Source: Pristiophorus japonicus
Taxonomy: Eukaryota
Assembly (NCBI RefSeq): GCF_044704955.1
Contig: NC_091999.1
Location: 61,442,001-61,506,000, forward strand
Direction: 5' to 3'
DNA length: 64,000 nt
Shown here: positions 23,500-36,500 of the stretch, piece after piece
How the letters are laid out: the number at the start of each line of letters is the position of its first letter
Numbering within the stretch: the stretch's first letter is position 1
Notes under the pieces: model-generated
The model's database searches: none
What the model was told of the DNA's origin: nothing
Seen by the model: only the letters and a program-made list of their open reading frames with translations
Program-made: the position numbers and the translations under genes

Positions 23500-26230
23500 A
23501 AGGAATATATTCCGGTCGTCACTGGTTAGTTAGTGACCATGCTTTTTTAACTGGATCCAGTGTTTCCACTTGCCGATACTCCTTATAAGTACCATAACTT
23601 ACCATGATTACCTGATAGAGACCGATCCATTTGGATGCGATCCCGAACCTCTCTGGGGTAATCTCTTGACTGCCTATTTGGGGTGTTTGGAACTTCTGTT
23701 TCTTAGTGTCGTTCTCTAAATCCATCACCAGCATCTGGATATCGAGCTTATCATGTTGGTTCTACCTGTATGCACATACCCGTGGTATAAATTTAATAGG
23801 CTCCCCTGGATGCATTCCGGGGCCACCACATTCCCATCTTTTCTCCATATCCCGTCGGTCCCTTGTTTGGCCCTCTCTGCTTCCACTCCTCCTGTCCCTG
23901 CGGAGTGGCCTCTCCCTGTACCTCAAGCATATTTACTTCCTCAGGCCCAAATGTACATGCTCTGCCTTGGGCTTCCCCGGCCAGTGTACCTGCCACTCGC
24001 TTTGCTGCTTCATCTGTCCATGCATTCCCCTGTTCATACTGATCATTATTTTTTACGTGTGCTTTGATCTTTATTATCGCACACTCCTGGGGTAGGAAGG
24101 AGGCTTCCACTAGATGTTTCCCAATCTCCTCATGTTTAATCGGTCCTCCTCCTGAGGTCGTGTATCCCCGTCTGCTCCAGGCTATCATATAATCATGCTC
24201 TACTCCGAAAGCATATCGACTGTCTGTATAGATATTTACTCATTTTCCCCTCGCAAGCCTCAGAGCCTCAGTGAGAACCACTAATTCAACCACTTTAGCT
24301 GATAGATTCTCTACTAACCGTCCTTCCCCTTTGACCTGACCGCTGCTATCTACCACGACCCATCCTGTCTGTGGTGTCCCATTGATATAGCGCCGAAACT
24401 CATCTACATATAGATCCATGTCTGCCTCCTCAAGCAGGGTTTCACTTGCCTGACTACTTCCCTCATCTTCTGTTGTGCTACAATGATGCTCCTCTCCATT
24501 TGTAATGATCCACCCTGCAGGCGTCTTTTATTATTGTTACCGTCCCGTTGAGTGGGGCGGGGGGCGGGGTGGGGGGTGGCGGGAGAGGAGGGGGGAGAAC
24601 ATTATTTACCACCTCGCCATTTGTGCATCGAATACATTTTTAGCCTTCCAGTGTTAAGTAATTCTACTAAGGTACGCTGGGTTTGTAGAATAATGCACCC
24701 TGACATTATTATTGGTTCGTTTACTCTGATGGCCCAAGTCGCACAGTCGAGGGCAGCAACGCACCTGGACAGTCCTGCAGCTACAGGTTGCGGTTTGTCT
24801 GAGTAATATGCCACTGGTCTATGCCTGTCTCCATGTAATTGAATCACCACCACGTTATAATGATGGTTAATATGGTAGGTATAGACGTGTAAGGGCCTAT
24901 TCTGGTCTGGTAATCCCAGGGCTGGAGCACTTGTGAGAGTTAGTTTTAACCGCACACATGCAGTTTCTTGATCTAGGCCCCAGTTTACTGGCTCTTAGGA
25001 GGGGTCCCATCCTTTGACCTGTTTCTGTATAGGTTAGGCCACCTTGGCATATTCGGGAATAACATTTCTGCAGTAGTTTAATAGCCGAGTACCTGCCTGA
25101 CCCCTTTCACGGTTCCTGGTCTGGGGATTGATTGAATTGTTCCTTACTGTCCTCGGGCATCTGTTTCTTCCCTTACGATATTATGTATCCCAGATATGTT
25201 ACTTCGCTCCTTCTTTCTCCTAAGTCTACTGGTTCCAAAATCCCTGACAATATTCGATGAAGTATGCTACAGCTGTTATTGAATCCCAGTGGTACCTTCG
25301 CCCATGTGTATTGTTATCCATTTACCTTGAAGACAAATTTTCCTTGAGACTCTTTGGCTAAGGGAATGGTCCAAGTTCCATTCATTATATCCAGCACGGT
25401 GAATATCTTATGATCTGGATCCAGGCCATTAAAAATTGTGGCTGGACTTGCCACTATTGGGTGTTCTCCGGAAGTCACCTTATTCAGGGTGGTATAATCG
25501 ATAGTCAATCGTTAAGACCTGTCGGGTTTCTTCATCAGCCACACAGGTGAATTAATGGAGGCTATTACATGTTTCAATATACTTTGCTCCTCTAATTCAT
25601 GCACTATCTGACAGACCGCTACCTCAGCTTCGGGTGTTAATTGGAACTGTCGGTGAGCTTTGTGTTAGGGTCCAGGAAATTTGATGGGTGATATCTCTGC
25701 TAATCCATAATCTTGTTTGCATTGTGCCCACAGAGTCGGGTATAATTGGCACACGCTACCCCATACACCCTTTGTTTCCCACTCGGGTTGGATTATGGTT
25801 GTTCCTACCACTCGTTGCTGCTGGTGTCCCGGGTTTTCGAACTTAATTCGGTTTCGTGCTTATCTCCCAAAATTATCCGATTACGCTGAAGAACTATCAG
25901 TCCCCCTATCTCCCGAAATGTATCGCTGCCTTCTGTATGCCTTCTTTATGTTGTCTTCTGTATTCTGACAGCACCAAAACTGAGCAGGTAACATTACCCC
26001 TGTACTTCGACAACACCATCTCACTTCGGGTTGCTTTCTGATATCCCTCACTCTCTCCTTGTATGTTGATGGTCCTATGGGTCAGGGGCAAATCTAAGTT
26101 GGTTATTGGGTATTCTCGGGTTGGGGCGATGGTGGCAGTGGTACCAGTGGTGCTGGTACCTGTCTGAGCATGTCCATCAGATCTTCCCTGGTTAATGGTA
26201 TTCCCTTCTTTGCCTGTTTGTGGTCTCGCC
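23500..26230 (-). pseudogene. pol: ERV-B pro-pol remnant (RT, connection, RNase H, IN C-terminus)
   Basis: TIDYTTLNKVT, FTVLDIMNGTWTIPL, LTSAPALGLPD, RPVAYYS, IYTDSRYAFG, KIKAH...GNAWTDEAAK, KWIGLYQV; many stops and deletions. Confidence 0.9.
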
Positions 26231-28461
26231 ATCCAGCGCCTTCCTCATAACTCCAGCAATCTTTGGCCAAATGTCCAAGTTTACCACAATTTTGACATGT
26301 CCCTTTAGAATTGCTGTAACGTCTGCTTTTCTGCAGGAAATCCCTACTGAAGTTACCTTCCTGATTGCAGTTTAAACATATCAGTGGAGCTGCGCGGGAG
26401 TCTGTCTCTTCCTCCTTCGTCTCTGCTGCTAACGCTGTTGCTGCTATTTTTGCTCATTTATCCCTTGTTCTAACTTTAACCACTCTACATGTTCTGCCCA
26501 TTCCAAAGTTTTATCATAATCATCTCCTGTCTTAAATACTCACTTAATTATCTTTTGATGTGCCTTTCCTAGTCCATCCTTAAACATTTTCAAGAATGCT
26601 GCATCATTTCTGTTGCGGTCATCAGCCCCAGAGTGGTTTTTGTATTCAATCCACTTTCGTTCCCCGTACTCCCCAACCCTTTTCCCTGTCTTTTGAGTCA
26701 CAGTATTCTACTCCAGTTTTTTGTCAGAGTTCTGTATCTCTACTATTTTGCTTTAGCACGTGGTAACTTATTCAATAGAATTTGTCTCCTGTGGGCTGAG
26801 GGGCACCTCCTGTATGGCAATGTGGGCTGCTCTACATCCGCTGGAGCGAATGGTGGTCGTACGTATCAGTGCCACTGATAAATAGCCATTATCATGTGCC
26901 GGGGCCACCTCGACTCCAAACTCATTATCCCTGTCTGATTGATTGTCAGGTTAGGGTTGTGGACTGCACTTACCCACCTTGGGGTACATTATCTCTATTA
27001 CCGTAGGTGATGGTGCTATGACTGTGCTCTGCACTATCTATCTGGTCCTGTCTTTTTCTCTGCCAGCTTATTTATCTTAGCTTCTAACTCTTGAATTTGA
27101 TGTGTTTAAGAGTCTATCTGTCCTCTGTAGCAGGTGAGTATTATTACATAGGCTTTCTTCGTTTTGTTTTCATTCTGAATATCCCCACATTTCTTCTGTC
27201 TGTCAGGTGAGTCTTTTTTCTTTTATTAAGAAATCCAAACTAATAATGTCCAGTATAAAATATCTTTCAATGGAAAGGGTTAACTCCACTACAGGATTGT
27301 AAGAAGGTCTGACGTCATTACGTGACTTCGGGTATCCATCTGAAAATATTACCCCAAGTCTTTGTGCTTTCAAAACTTGATAAGAAATTAGGAATCCGTT
27401 AAAATAGCAGAAATTATTGGTAAAGTTGTCAAAATAAAACTTTCTCAGCGGGAAAGGCAGCATTTTAGATTAAACTCCAATTTCTCTACACACCCAATTC
27501 AAATACGTGCCAACGAGTTTTTCATTGATTTAAAGCGAGACCACACATTTTAATAGCTATTTTGTTTACAGAAATCCAATTTCCACGCAAGCTATATACA
27601 TTCCAGCATTTTGTTTTTTTTATGGTCCCGTTCACTGAGCAAATCTTGTGTTTTATTTTCTCTCGGCACAAAATCTAAACTTCGGTGCCGGTCCATCTTT
27701 TTAAGAATCCTGTAATTCCCAGTTTTTTCTTTCTGTGCTGAGTTCACATAGCTTAGATCTTTCCCCCCTTTTGAATCTGAACTTAATCATTTTTTGATGA
27801 CCTTACTCCAGTCCATAGTTAAACATCTTTGTTTCTCTTCCTCGGCACAAAGCCTTGCCGGGTTTAACTCATAAGTTTTTATATTTCAACCAATATCCTT
27901 TTCACAGCCAATTTAAATCTCGTTTCTTCAAATTAGGTTTAGTATTTTGATGATCTTCCTCCAGTCCATTTTGCTCAACATCTTTGTTTCTCTGCAGCTT
28001 TCAAGGTCAAATTTCTATCTTTTGATAAAAACAAACTGTCCTTTGTAAATTCAATTTGATATCCAACATTTTTCTTTTCTTTTATTAATTTTCCATTTAT
28101 CTCAGCTCGCATTTTATCCCACTTGCCAGTTTTGCTAGGATCCTGGGGTCCCACCCCACGGTTTAGGTTGTATTCCTTCTTGTTTGCACCGCACACGATC
28201 AATACCAGCTTCACTGTGTGATTACCACGTCATGCTTTAGGACATACACCTTATATTTCCTCTAACAATCGCTGGGGTCCACTCCCCATGCGGTTGCATT
28301 CCTTCTTTTTCAGGCATACACCTATCCCACCCTTGGTTTTCAGCCATCTGTGGTTCGTTATAAGTTGTCCTACAGCTGACCCCTTCTAATTCTTTATACA
28401 AATTAGCTCCTTCCCCGTCAATGCTACAGTTGCATGTGGTAAAAAACATGCTCACTACCAT
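26230..28461 (-). pseudogene. gag: ERV-B gag remnant with two zinc knuckles
   Basis: CLNCNQEGNFSRDF (degenerate) and CQNCGKLGHLAKDC at ~26255-26385; fragmented upstream ORFs 27975-28461. Confidence 0.7.
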
Positions 28462-28495
28462 TTAGCTGTCACGTGATCCAGGTCGGAAGGTCTGC

Positions 28496-28513
28496 ATCCG
28501 GTTCATGACGCCA
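28496..28513 (-). promoter_or_regulatory. ERV-B primer-binding site, tRNA-Ser(CGA)-like
   Basis: TGGCGTCATGAACCGGAT versus the expected TGGCGTCACGAACAGGAT. Confidence 0.8.
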
Positions 28514-28515
28514 AA

Positions 28516-29113
28516 TGTTGGGGTTAAAAAGGAGGCTTCTTTTCTTCGACGTGGACGAACTGATATAGTTCATCGACAACTCACCTTTCTCCCACTGTAT
28601 AACGACCACGGAAGTGAACACACGAAATCCCAGGATCAACTGACTTTTATTACGAGCAATTGCAAGGGAAGGTTCAGTCGTGGAACCTCTGAAATACAAG
28701 AGTTTTCAAGCATAACTTATACAGGTTTTGGAGAGGAGCTATCCTCCTGCAAAATCATCGTCAGGTCTATTGATATCAGCGAAGTTACATTGATTTGTCG
28801 ACACTTATCCGACGGTCTCTGAGTGGTAAATGCAACAGTCCATCTCTCCTCATTGTTTTGTTCCATTTTTCCCTCTACCCCAGTCTATCCGACGGTTAGA
28901 GTGGCTGTACTTGCTTATTTATCTCTTCCTCAGGGACGTAAAAAAACTGCTGACCAGCTGTTTAAGTATTACAGAGGTTACGGATTCAGTTCAATGCGTT
29001 ATACATTTGCACTGTACCTACATAAGCAAGTGTTACCTACATAGCAATTATAAGTTCAAGACCTTCATCATAATTCTGAGCTCCTATTTGCAACCTTATA
29101 ATTTATCCCTTGA
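28516..29113 (-). repeat. 5' LTR of ERV-B
   Basis: Aligns end to end with 20692-21289 at roughly 80-85% by eye. Confidence 0.9.
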
Positions 29114-30510
29114 AGGGGTCGATGCAAAGCCTCCATCATTGTTCCCCATGAGTCCTCTAATTGTTTGGTGAGACGTTTATTCTCTCTGCTTAGATCTTCT
29201 TTTTAAATCTCAAGATTTCCTAATTGTTTACATTGCAGCCCCTACGTGAATTGCATTGATACTCTGCTGTTGCATTACTGCAGTAGCTGAGGCAAATTGA
29301 CTCTGCAAATTCACAATTTTCTGTTTAATGTCTGAATCTATTTTCTGCAATTCTTCATTCTTAGCCGAATTTTTTTTTCCAGTTCTGATATTTTATCCTC
29401 TAATTCTTTCTTGACCTTTGATTGACGTCCTGCGAAGTACGAAGCTGCACAGGTGACTAGACTCATCGCCTTACCCAGCTTCCATTTCTTAGCTTTAATC
29501 TGTTCATCAATAAAAGTGACCGTATCCTTAAGGGATACATTCGGATTCTTCCCTAGGCAATCTAGCAACAGTGTCTGCACTTGCGTTTCGTCACATCTTT
29601 TTCCAACTTTTTCTGATACTCTTCCAAGAGACACTCCTCCGGCATTTGAAAATTAATTATTTTTAAGTAAGCTTCCTTAATGAAGATAACAGTCACTAGC
29701 AGTTGACGTAAATCAACCTTACACAAGATTTGATCTGCCTTGCATCTGCTGGTGACACACAAGAACTTGTTTTCAAATAGACAGAAAAAATTACAAGAGT
29801 TCCCAATTAATTTGATTATTGAGTATATTGCATTTTGTTCAATATCTCTTTGTTTTCTTCCTTCGTGGTCGCCAGATGTAGTTTTTAACCAATGAGCAGC
29901 TTTTTGCCGCTTTGCTAACTATAGCAATTCAGCTATTTCCAGGGTATATACTTAATTCAAACTGGGAGACTCTTGTTCACATCATACCAAATACTTTTAA
30001 TACAGGTATAGTGAATAAAAACAGTGTTTTATCAAGTAAATTACATTCTGTTACAAAAAGTAATACTTAACAAATTATAGTCACAGCCTAATTCTCGATA
30101 GCGTCCTCTCGAGCTGACCGTGGTGCCGACTCCTTATCTCCTGTTCGCTTGATTCGCACTGCCTTCTGAGTAGAAGAGCTGTTACTTTATACCATTTTTC
30201 TCCCATTCAAAAGCTGTGAAAATTTACAGCTGTTGTAGCCTTACAGTAGATCATATTATCTACTGCCTTTGACTTTCTATGTTATCTCTATCTCCCTCCC
30301 TCTCTGTGGCAGGAATCACTTCTCTGAGAACAATTATACAGACCATGGTCACACAGAATTCATTACTGAGCTTGGCTTTACAAAAATATGACAAGAACTG
30401 CTACGCAATGTATACCTTTATGTTATTGATTAATAATTTTGGCCTTGATCTTTCTATTTCTAAATTAAGCTTTATCAGCAGTTACAAAAATGGATAAAAT
30501 AATAATGACT
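29114..30510 (-). mobile_element. ERV-C: 5' LTR (~29877-30510), tRNA-Arg PBS (29860-29874) and gag N-terminus, truncated by ERV-B
   Basis: TGGCGACCACGAAGG matches the complement of the tRNA-Arg(TCG) 3' end; coiled-coil gag-like ORF 29338-29634; outer LTR end uncertain. Confidence 0.72.
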
Positions 30511-30529
30511 CAATTTTAAAATTATGCTT

Positions 30530-31420
30530 TGTTCATGTTTGTAAGTGTATATGTGTGGTTATGTCGAAATGTTTGTTTATGTTGAGGTGTAAGTGTGTGT
30601 GAGTTTTCGTGTAACATTGTGTTCACATGTAAGTGTGTGTATGTGTGTTTTTTGTGTTAGTTTGTGTTTGGATTTATAGGCATGTGCATGCTTGTGTAAG
30701 TGTGTTGAGGTATGTGTTTTCCTGTAAGTGTATGGTTATGTCTCAATGTTGTTCATGTTTGGTGATTGTTTGTGTGTGTATGTTTCGTGTAAGTGTGTGT
30801 TTTGATATGTGTGTATAAGTGCAATAGTGTGTTTGCATGTAGGCGTGTGTGTGTTTTGTGTAAATCTGTATTTGATTTGATGCATTTGTTTACGAGTGTG
30901 TGTGTGTTTTGTGCAAGTCTGTGTGTGGATTGACGTGTGTATTTACCTGTGTGTAAGTCTGTTTTTGTGTTTTGTGTAAGTGTGTGTGTGGATTGATGTG
31001 TGTGTTTATGTGTGTGTAATTGTGTGTGTGCTTTGTGTAAATGTGTGTGTAGATTGATGTATGTGTTGATATGTGTGTAAGTGTGTGTAAGTGTGTTTTG
31101 TGTATGCGTGTCTGGATTGATATGTGTGTCTATGCTTGTGTAAGTGTGTATAAGTTTCCGTTGTGTTAGTGTACGTTTCGATTGACGTGTATTATTGTTT
31201 TGTTCAAAGTTTCAGAGAGTACCAATAACTGGATTTGACAATGATGGTTTTCATTATATTCTAGTTATGTATAATATTATGTTTCAGGTTGTTAGTATGT
31301 CTTTATATGTAAGTCTTTGTGTGTTCATGTGTAATTGTGCACTTACACAAAAACACAAACTTATACAAAATCATCAAAACACTTACATATGAACACACAC
31401 AAACTCACTTTCACATGTAT
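30530..31420. repeat. Degenerate TG-rich microsatellite tract with a short CA-rich inverted end
   Basis: (TG)n-like sequence 30530-31190; acacaaaaacacaaac... at 31340-31420. Confidence 0.85.
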
Positions 31421-32085
31421 TCTCCTCCGCTCTGTGTAAATGTGTTCTGTGTGAGGCGCAATGTGACATCAGCCGAACGAATGTAACAATTCAACCGATG
31501 GGCTTCAGCAACATCAGGGACACAACTGTGAGAAACCCGCAGAGGATTCAGTCACCAGTTTAGACATGGCCCATTAGAATTCAACATGTTAGTTTACAAT
31601 TAACAGGGACTGTTGCACCCCCAAGCCTATTTAAAAATATTATGTGGAATAAATAGTTATTTCAGAATATAATACTCATATGGCAAGTTTAAAATGTTTA
31701 GATCATGGGTTAGAATGTACGATGGCAACTTAGTGCATTAAAAAGAGAGTGGTTCACTTCCCATCTCCCTGCGGGAGGGGCAGTGGGGGTTACATGAATT
31801 ACACGTTTCCCTTTCTCCTCACGCTGGTGCGTGTGAGAGGCACAGTGAGTTAAAATTACCCTTTACTCCCTCTCAGCTGAAGTTACCTTCAGGAATCCTG
31901 TAATGAGAGAACTCCACCCAGTTTCTAACTCATGCTGTATCTGAGCTGGGAGCGATGGCTGTACAAGCCTTGGGACCGAGATCTGCAAATACCCTACTTC
32001 AGATAAAAAGCCCTCACATTGGTCAAAATAGGAAACATAATTAATTGAGTGGCTGTGTGTTTAACTCACGATGGAAGAAAAGCCC

Positions 32086-32143
32086 TTTATTGTTTTTTAT
32101 TTAAGAACTGAAATGCAATCGAGACATTCTCATTGACAAGAAT
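32086..32143 (-). pseudogene. IGHM: Distal end of the IgM secretory tail ((N)SCQ*) with two AATAAA signals
   Basis: Minus strand AT TCT TGT CAA TGA (32143-32130); AATAAA at 32101-32096 and 32091-32086. Confidence 0.82.
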
Positions 32144-33367
32144 GACTAAGAAAGCAATAAAGGAAGGAAAGATAGATTACAAAGGTAAACTTGCGCAAAA
32201 CATGAAAACGGATAGTAAAAGCTTTTACCGATATGTAAAACGGAAAAGAGTGACTAAAGTAAATGTTGGTCCCTTAGAAGATGAGAAGGGGGATTTAATA
32301 ATGGGAATTGTGGAAATTGCTGAGAGCTTAAACAATTATTTTGCTTCGGTCTTCACAGTGGAAGACACAAAAACCATGCCAGAAATTGCTGGTCAAAGGA
32401 ATGTGAGAAGGGAGGACCTTGAGACAATCACTATCACTAGGGGGGTAGTGCTGGACAGGCTAATGGGACTCAAGGTAGAAAAGTCCCCCGGTCCTGATGA
32501 AATGCATCGCAGGGATAAAGAGATGGCGGAAGTTATAGCAGATGCATTCGTTAAAATCCACCAAAACTCTCTGGACTCTGGGGAGGTACCAGCGGATTGG
32601 AAAGCAGCTAATGTAACACCTCTGTTTAAAAAAGAGGGCAGACAAAAGGCAGGTAACTATTGGCCGGTTAGTTTAACATCTGTAATGGGGAAAGTGCTTG
32701 AAACTATCATTAAGGAAGAAATAAGCGGGATATCTAGATAGGAATAGTGCAATCAAGCAGACGCAGCATGGATTCATGAAGGGGAAATCATGTTTAACTA
32801 ATTTACTGGAATTCTTTGAGGATATAACGAGCATGGTGGATACAGGTGTACCGATGGATGTGCTGTATTTAGATTTTCAAAAGGCATTCGATAAGGTGCC
32901 ACACAAAAGGTTACTGCAGAAGATAAAGGCACGTGGAGTCAGAGGAAAAGTATTAGCATGGATAGAGAATTGGCTGGCTAACAGAAAGCAGAGAGTCGCG
33001 ATAAATGGGTCCTTTTTGGGTTGGAAATCGGTGGTTAGTGGTGTGCCACAGGGATGGGTGCTGGGACTACAACTGTTTACAATATATATAGATGACCTGG
33101 AAGAGGGGACAGAGTATAGTGTAACAAAATTTGCAGATGACACAAAGATTAGTGGGAAAACGGGTTGTGCAGAGGACACAGAGAGGCTGCAAAGAAATTT
33201 AGATAGGTTAGAGAATGGGCTAAGATTTGGCAGATGGAATACAATGTCGGAAAGTGTGAGGTCATCCACCTTGAGGGAAAAAAAACAGCAAAAGGGAATA
33301 TTATTTGAATGGGGAGAAATTATAACATGCTGCGATGCAGAGGGACCTGGGGGTCCTTGTGCATGAA
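32144..33367 (+). mobile_element. CR1-type LINE ORF2, left part (5'-truncated, frameshifted)
   Basis: KSPGPDEMH, VPADWKAANVTPLFKK, HGFMKGKSCLTNLLEFFE, YLDFQKAFDKVPH, SGVPQG, KFADDTK. Confidence 0.95.
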
Positions 33368-33547
33368 ACTCTTTTAGGAGCAAACAAAAAATATTAAGCC
33401 GTGCCCCCCGATCTGGGGGAAACACCAACATTTACAAGGTTTATTTTTGGCACAAAAACATATTTTTTCTCCAAGTGCCCCCTATAAAAGGGGAGGGGGA
33501 CACTAAAAGCACCGGCAATTAAAACAAATTAACTTAAAAATATGAAA

Positions 33548-36500
33548 TCAAGTTAAAATTTGGTTGCCGGGCGTGATGATGCACTCCAGTCCCTCCGGTG
33601 CCCACCTCTTGCGGAAGGCCACGAGCGTACCGGTGGACACCGCATGCTCCATCTCCAGGGACACCCTTGACCGGATGTATGCGCGGAAGAGAGGCAGGCA
33701 GTCTGGCTGAACGACCCCCTCGACCCCCCGCTGCCTGGACCGGCTGAGGGCCCCCTTGGCCGTGCCCAGGAGCAGTCCTACGAGGAGGCCCTCGGACCTA
33801 CCCGCTCCCCTCCGCACAGGGTGCCCGAAGATCAGGAGTGTGGGACTGAAGTGCAGCCAGAATTTCAGGAGCAGCCCCTTTAAATAACAAAACAGGGGCT
33901 GCAATCTCGTGCACTCAATAAAAACATGGAACACGGACTCTTGCAGACCGCAGAAATTGCAGGCGGCCTGGGAGCCCGTGAACCGGCTTAAAAATTTATT
34001 GCACGGCACTGCTCCGTGCATCACCCTCCAGGCCAAGTCCCCGGCAAATAGTGGGAGGACCCCTGCGTAGAGTGCCCTCCATCGGGGACCCCCGCCTCCT
34101 CTGGACGGCAAGATGGTACACCATGGCGTGTCCAGACGGCAGGCAAGGATGGCAAAGTTGAGAGTGTGCAGGAGCAGCCCGTACAGGAAACCCCTCCGCG
34201 CGGAACTGAAAGGCACGGAGGGGATTTCCCCGAGGCGGCTCAAGTTGTGAGGCGCCGGCCCCCGAGGGAGGTTCCGGGGTTTGGCGCCGATGAGGAATTC
34301 CGTCCGGACGGGGGTCAGTTCGGACGGGATCTCCCCACGTGCTTGAGCCTCCTCGATGCACCTAACGGAGTCAGGGCCCAGAGCTGTTCTTAGCGACTCG
34401 ATGGCATCAGCCGCGCGGCGGACGTTGGCGGAATTTAGGCGCCGCGCCAGCGTGTCTGGCGCCATCCAACCCGCTCCTCCGCCATCGAGCAGGTCCCTGA
34501 CCCTAGTCACCTCACCAGCCACAGCCCTCTCGTCCGACCGCCACCTAAAACCTCGGTCGTGGAGGTACGGATTCCAGAGCAGCGGCTCCTGCAGGACGGC
34601 CGCCACTCCAGCCGGCGGAGAGCTGCGCTTGGTGGAGACTTTGTTCCAGACCCTGGTGAGTTCCTTGTAAAAGACAGGCAGCTCCCGGAGGGCGGTCCTA
34701 GCACCCCCCAAGTTCACAAACAGGAGCTGCGTGTCGTAGTTGAGGCCGTGCTGCTGGCGGAAGAAATACATCACCAGAGCATGCCACCTAGGAGGGGGCT
34801 CGACGTAAAGGTATCTCTGCAGTGTCCAAAGACGGAAAGTCGCGAGCTGGCCGCTGACGCACACCAACGACTGACCGCCCTCCTCAAGCGGGAGACTCAG
34901 GACCGCGGCAGAGACCCAGTGCTTCCTGTTGTTCCAGAAGAAGTCCACCAGCTTCTTCTGTATCTTGGCGACAAACGCAGGGGGAGGGGTCAAAGTGACC
35001 AGCCGGTACCACAACATTGCGGCCACCAGCTGGTTTATGACTAGTGCTCGACCCCTGTAGGTCAGCACTCGGAGCAGTCCTGTCCAGCGCCCTAGGCGAG
35101 CGGCGACCTTGGCCTCCAGCTCCTGCCAGTTCGCCGGCCAGGCTCCCTCGTCGGGGCTAAGGTAGACTCCCAGATAGAGGAGATGGGTCGTGCTCCAGGC
35201 AAATGGCCTGAGCTCCTCCGGCAGGGAGTCCACCCGCCACTGACCGACCAGGAGTCCGGAACATTTCTCCCAGTTGATCCTGGCGGAGGACGCGGCTGAG
35301 TAAATGTCCTGGCACTCACAGATCCTCCGCAGGTCAGCGGGATCCTCTACCGTGAGGAGCACGTCATCGGCGTAAGCCGAGAGGACGACCTCCACGCCCG
35401 GCCCTTGCAGAGCCAGTCCCGTCAACCTCGTCCGCAGGAGGCGCAGGAAAGGCTCCACGCAAATGGCGTATAACTGGCCGGACATGGGGCATCCCTGGCG
35501 CACCCCTCTCCCAAAGCGAAGGGGCGCCGTCCAGGACCCGTTAACATTAATCAGACACTTCGCGGCGGCGTATAAAAGTCGGATCCGGGCGGCGAAATGC
35601 GTCCCGAACCCAAAAGCGCGCAGAGTTCCGAGCAGATAATTGTGATCCACCCTGTCGAACGCCTTCTCTTGGTCGAGGGATAGGAAGGCGACCGACAGAC
35701 CAGCCTCCTGGGAACAATGGATGAGGTCCCGGACCAGATGGATGTTATCGTGGATTGTCAAGCCCGGGACCGTGTAGGACTGGTCGGGGTGGATCATGTG
35801 GTCCAGCACGGCACCAAGGCGAGCAGACATCGCCCTGGCGAAGATTTTGTAGTCCGTGCTGAGGAGGGAGACCGGGCGCCAGTTCTTAAGGAGGCGGAGA
35901 TCGCCCTTCTTAGGCAGCAGGACGATGACTGCCCTGAGCCAAGAGAGGGGCATCTCCCTGGTCGCCAGACTTTCCCACAGGACCCACGCGTAGTCGCTCC
36001 CCAGGACGTCCCAGAACGCCCTGTGGAACTCCACGGTCAGCCCGTCCAGCCCCGGGGCTTTTCCCCCCGAGAGCCGGGCGAGGGCACCGGTCAGCTCCGC
36101 CAGGCTTAGCGGAGCTTCCAGATTTTCGGCGCCCTCCGGGCTGACCTTCGGCAGGTCCTACCACAAAGCTCTACGCGCTTCCTCGCTGGACGGCTCCAGA
36201 GAGAACAGAGCCCCGTAATATTCACGGGCCCTGTTGTTGACGCCCTCCGGATCCGAGACGAGAGAGCCGTCGTCGGCCAGCAGCGTCAAGAGCTGCTTAC
36301 GGACACTCTGCCTTTTTTCCAGCGAGTAGAAGAAGGGGGAGCCGCGGTCCAGATCCCGCAGGAACCGGATCCGCGACCTCACGAACGCGCCTCGGGACCC
36401 GACGAGCTGCAGGTCCTTCAGCGCGGCCTTCTTCGCTTCGTACACCGTCCGCAGGGCCGGGTCCTGGACGACTTGACCGAGACGGGACTCCAGGTCGTGC

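Larger units (their letters stand above)
20692..29113 (-). mobile_element. ERV-B: degenerate endogenous retrovirus LTR-PBS-gag-pro-pol-env-PPT-LTR
   Basis: Paired ~598-bp LTRs, PBS, PPT, zinc knuckles, RT, RNase H and env remnants in retroviral order. Confidence 0.93.
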
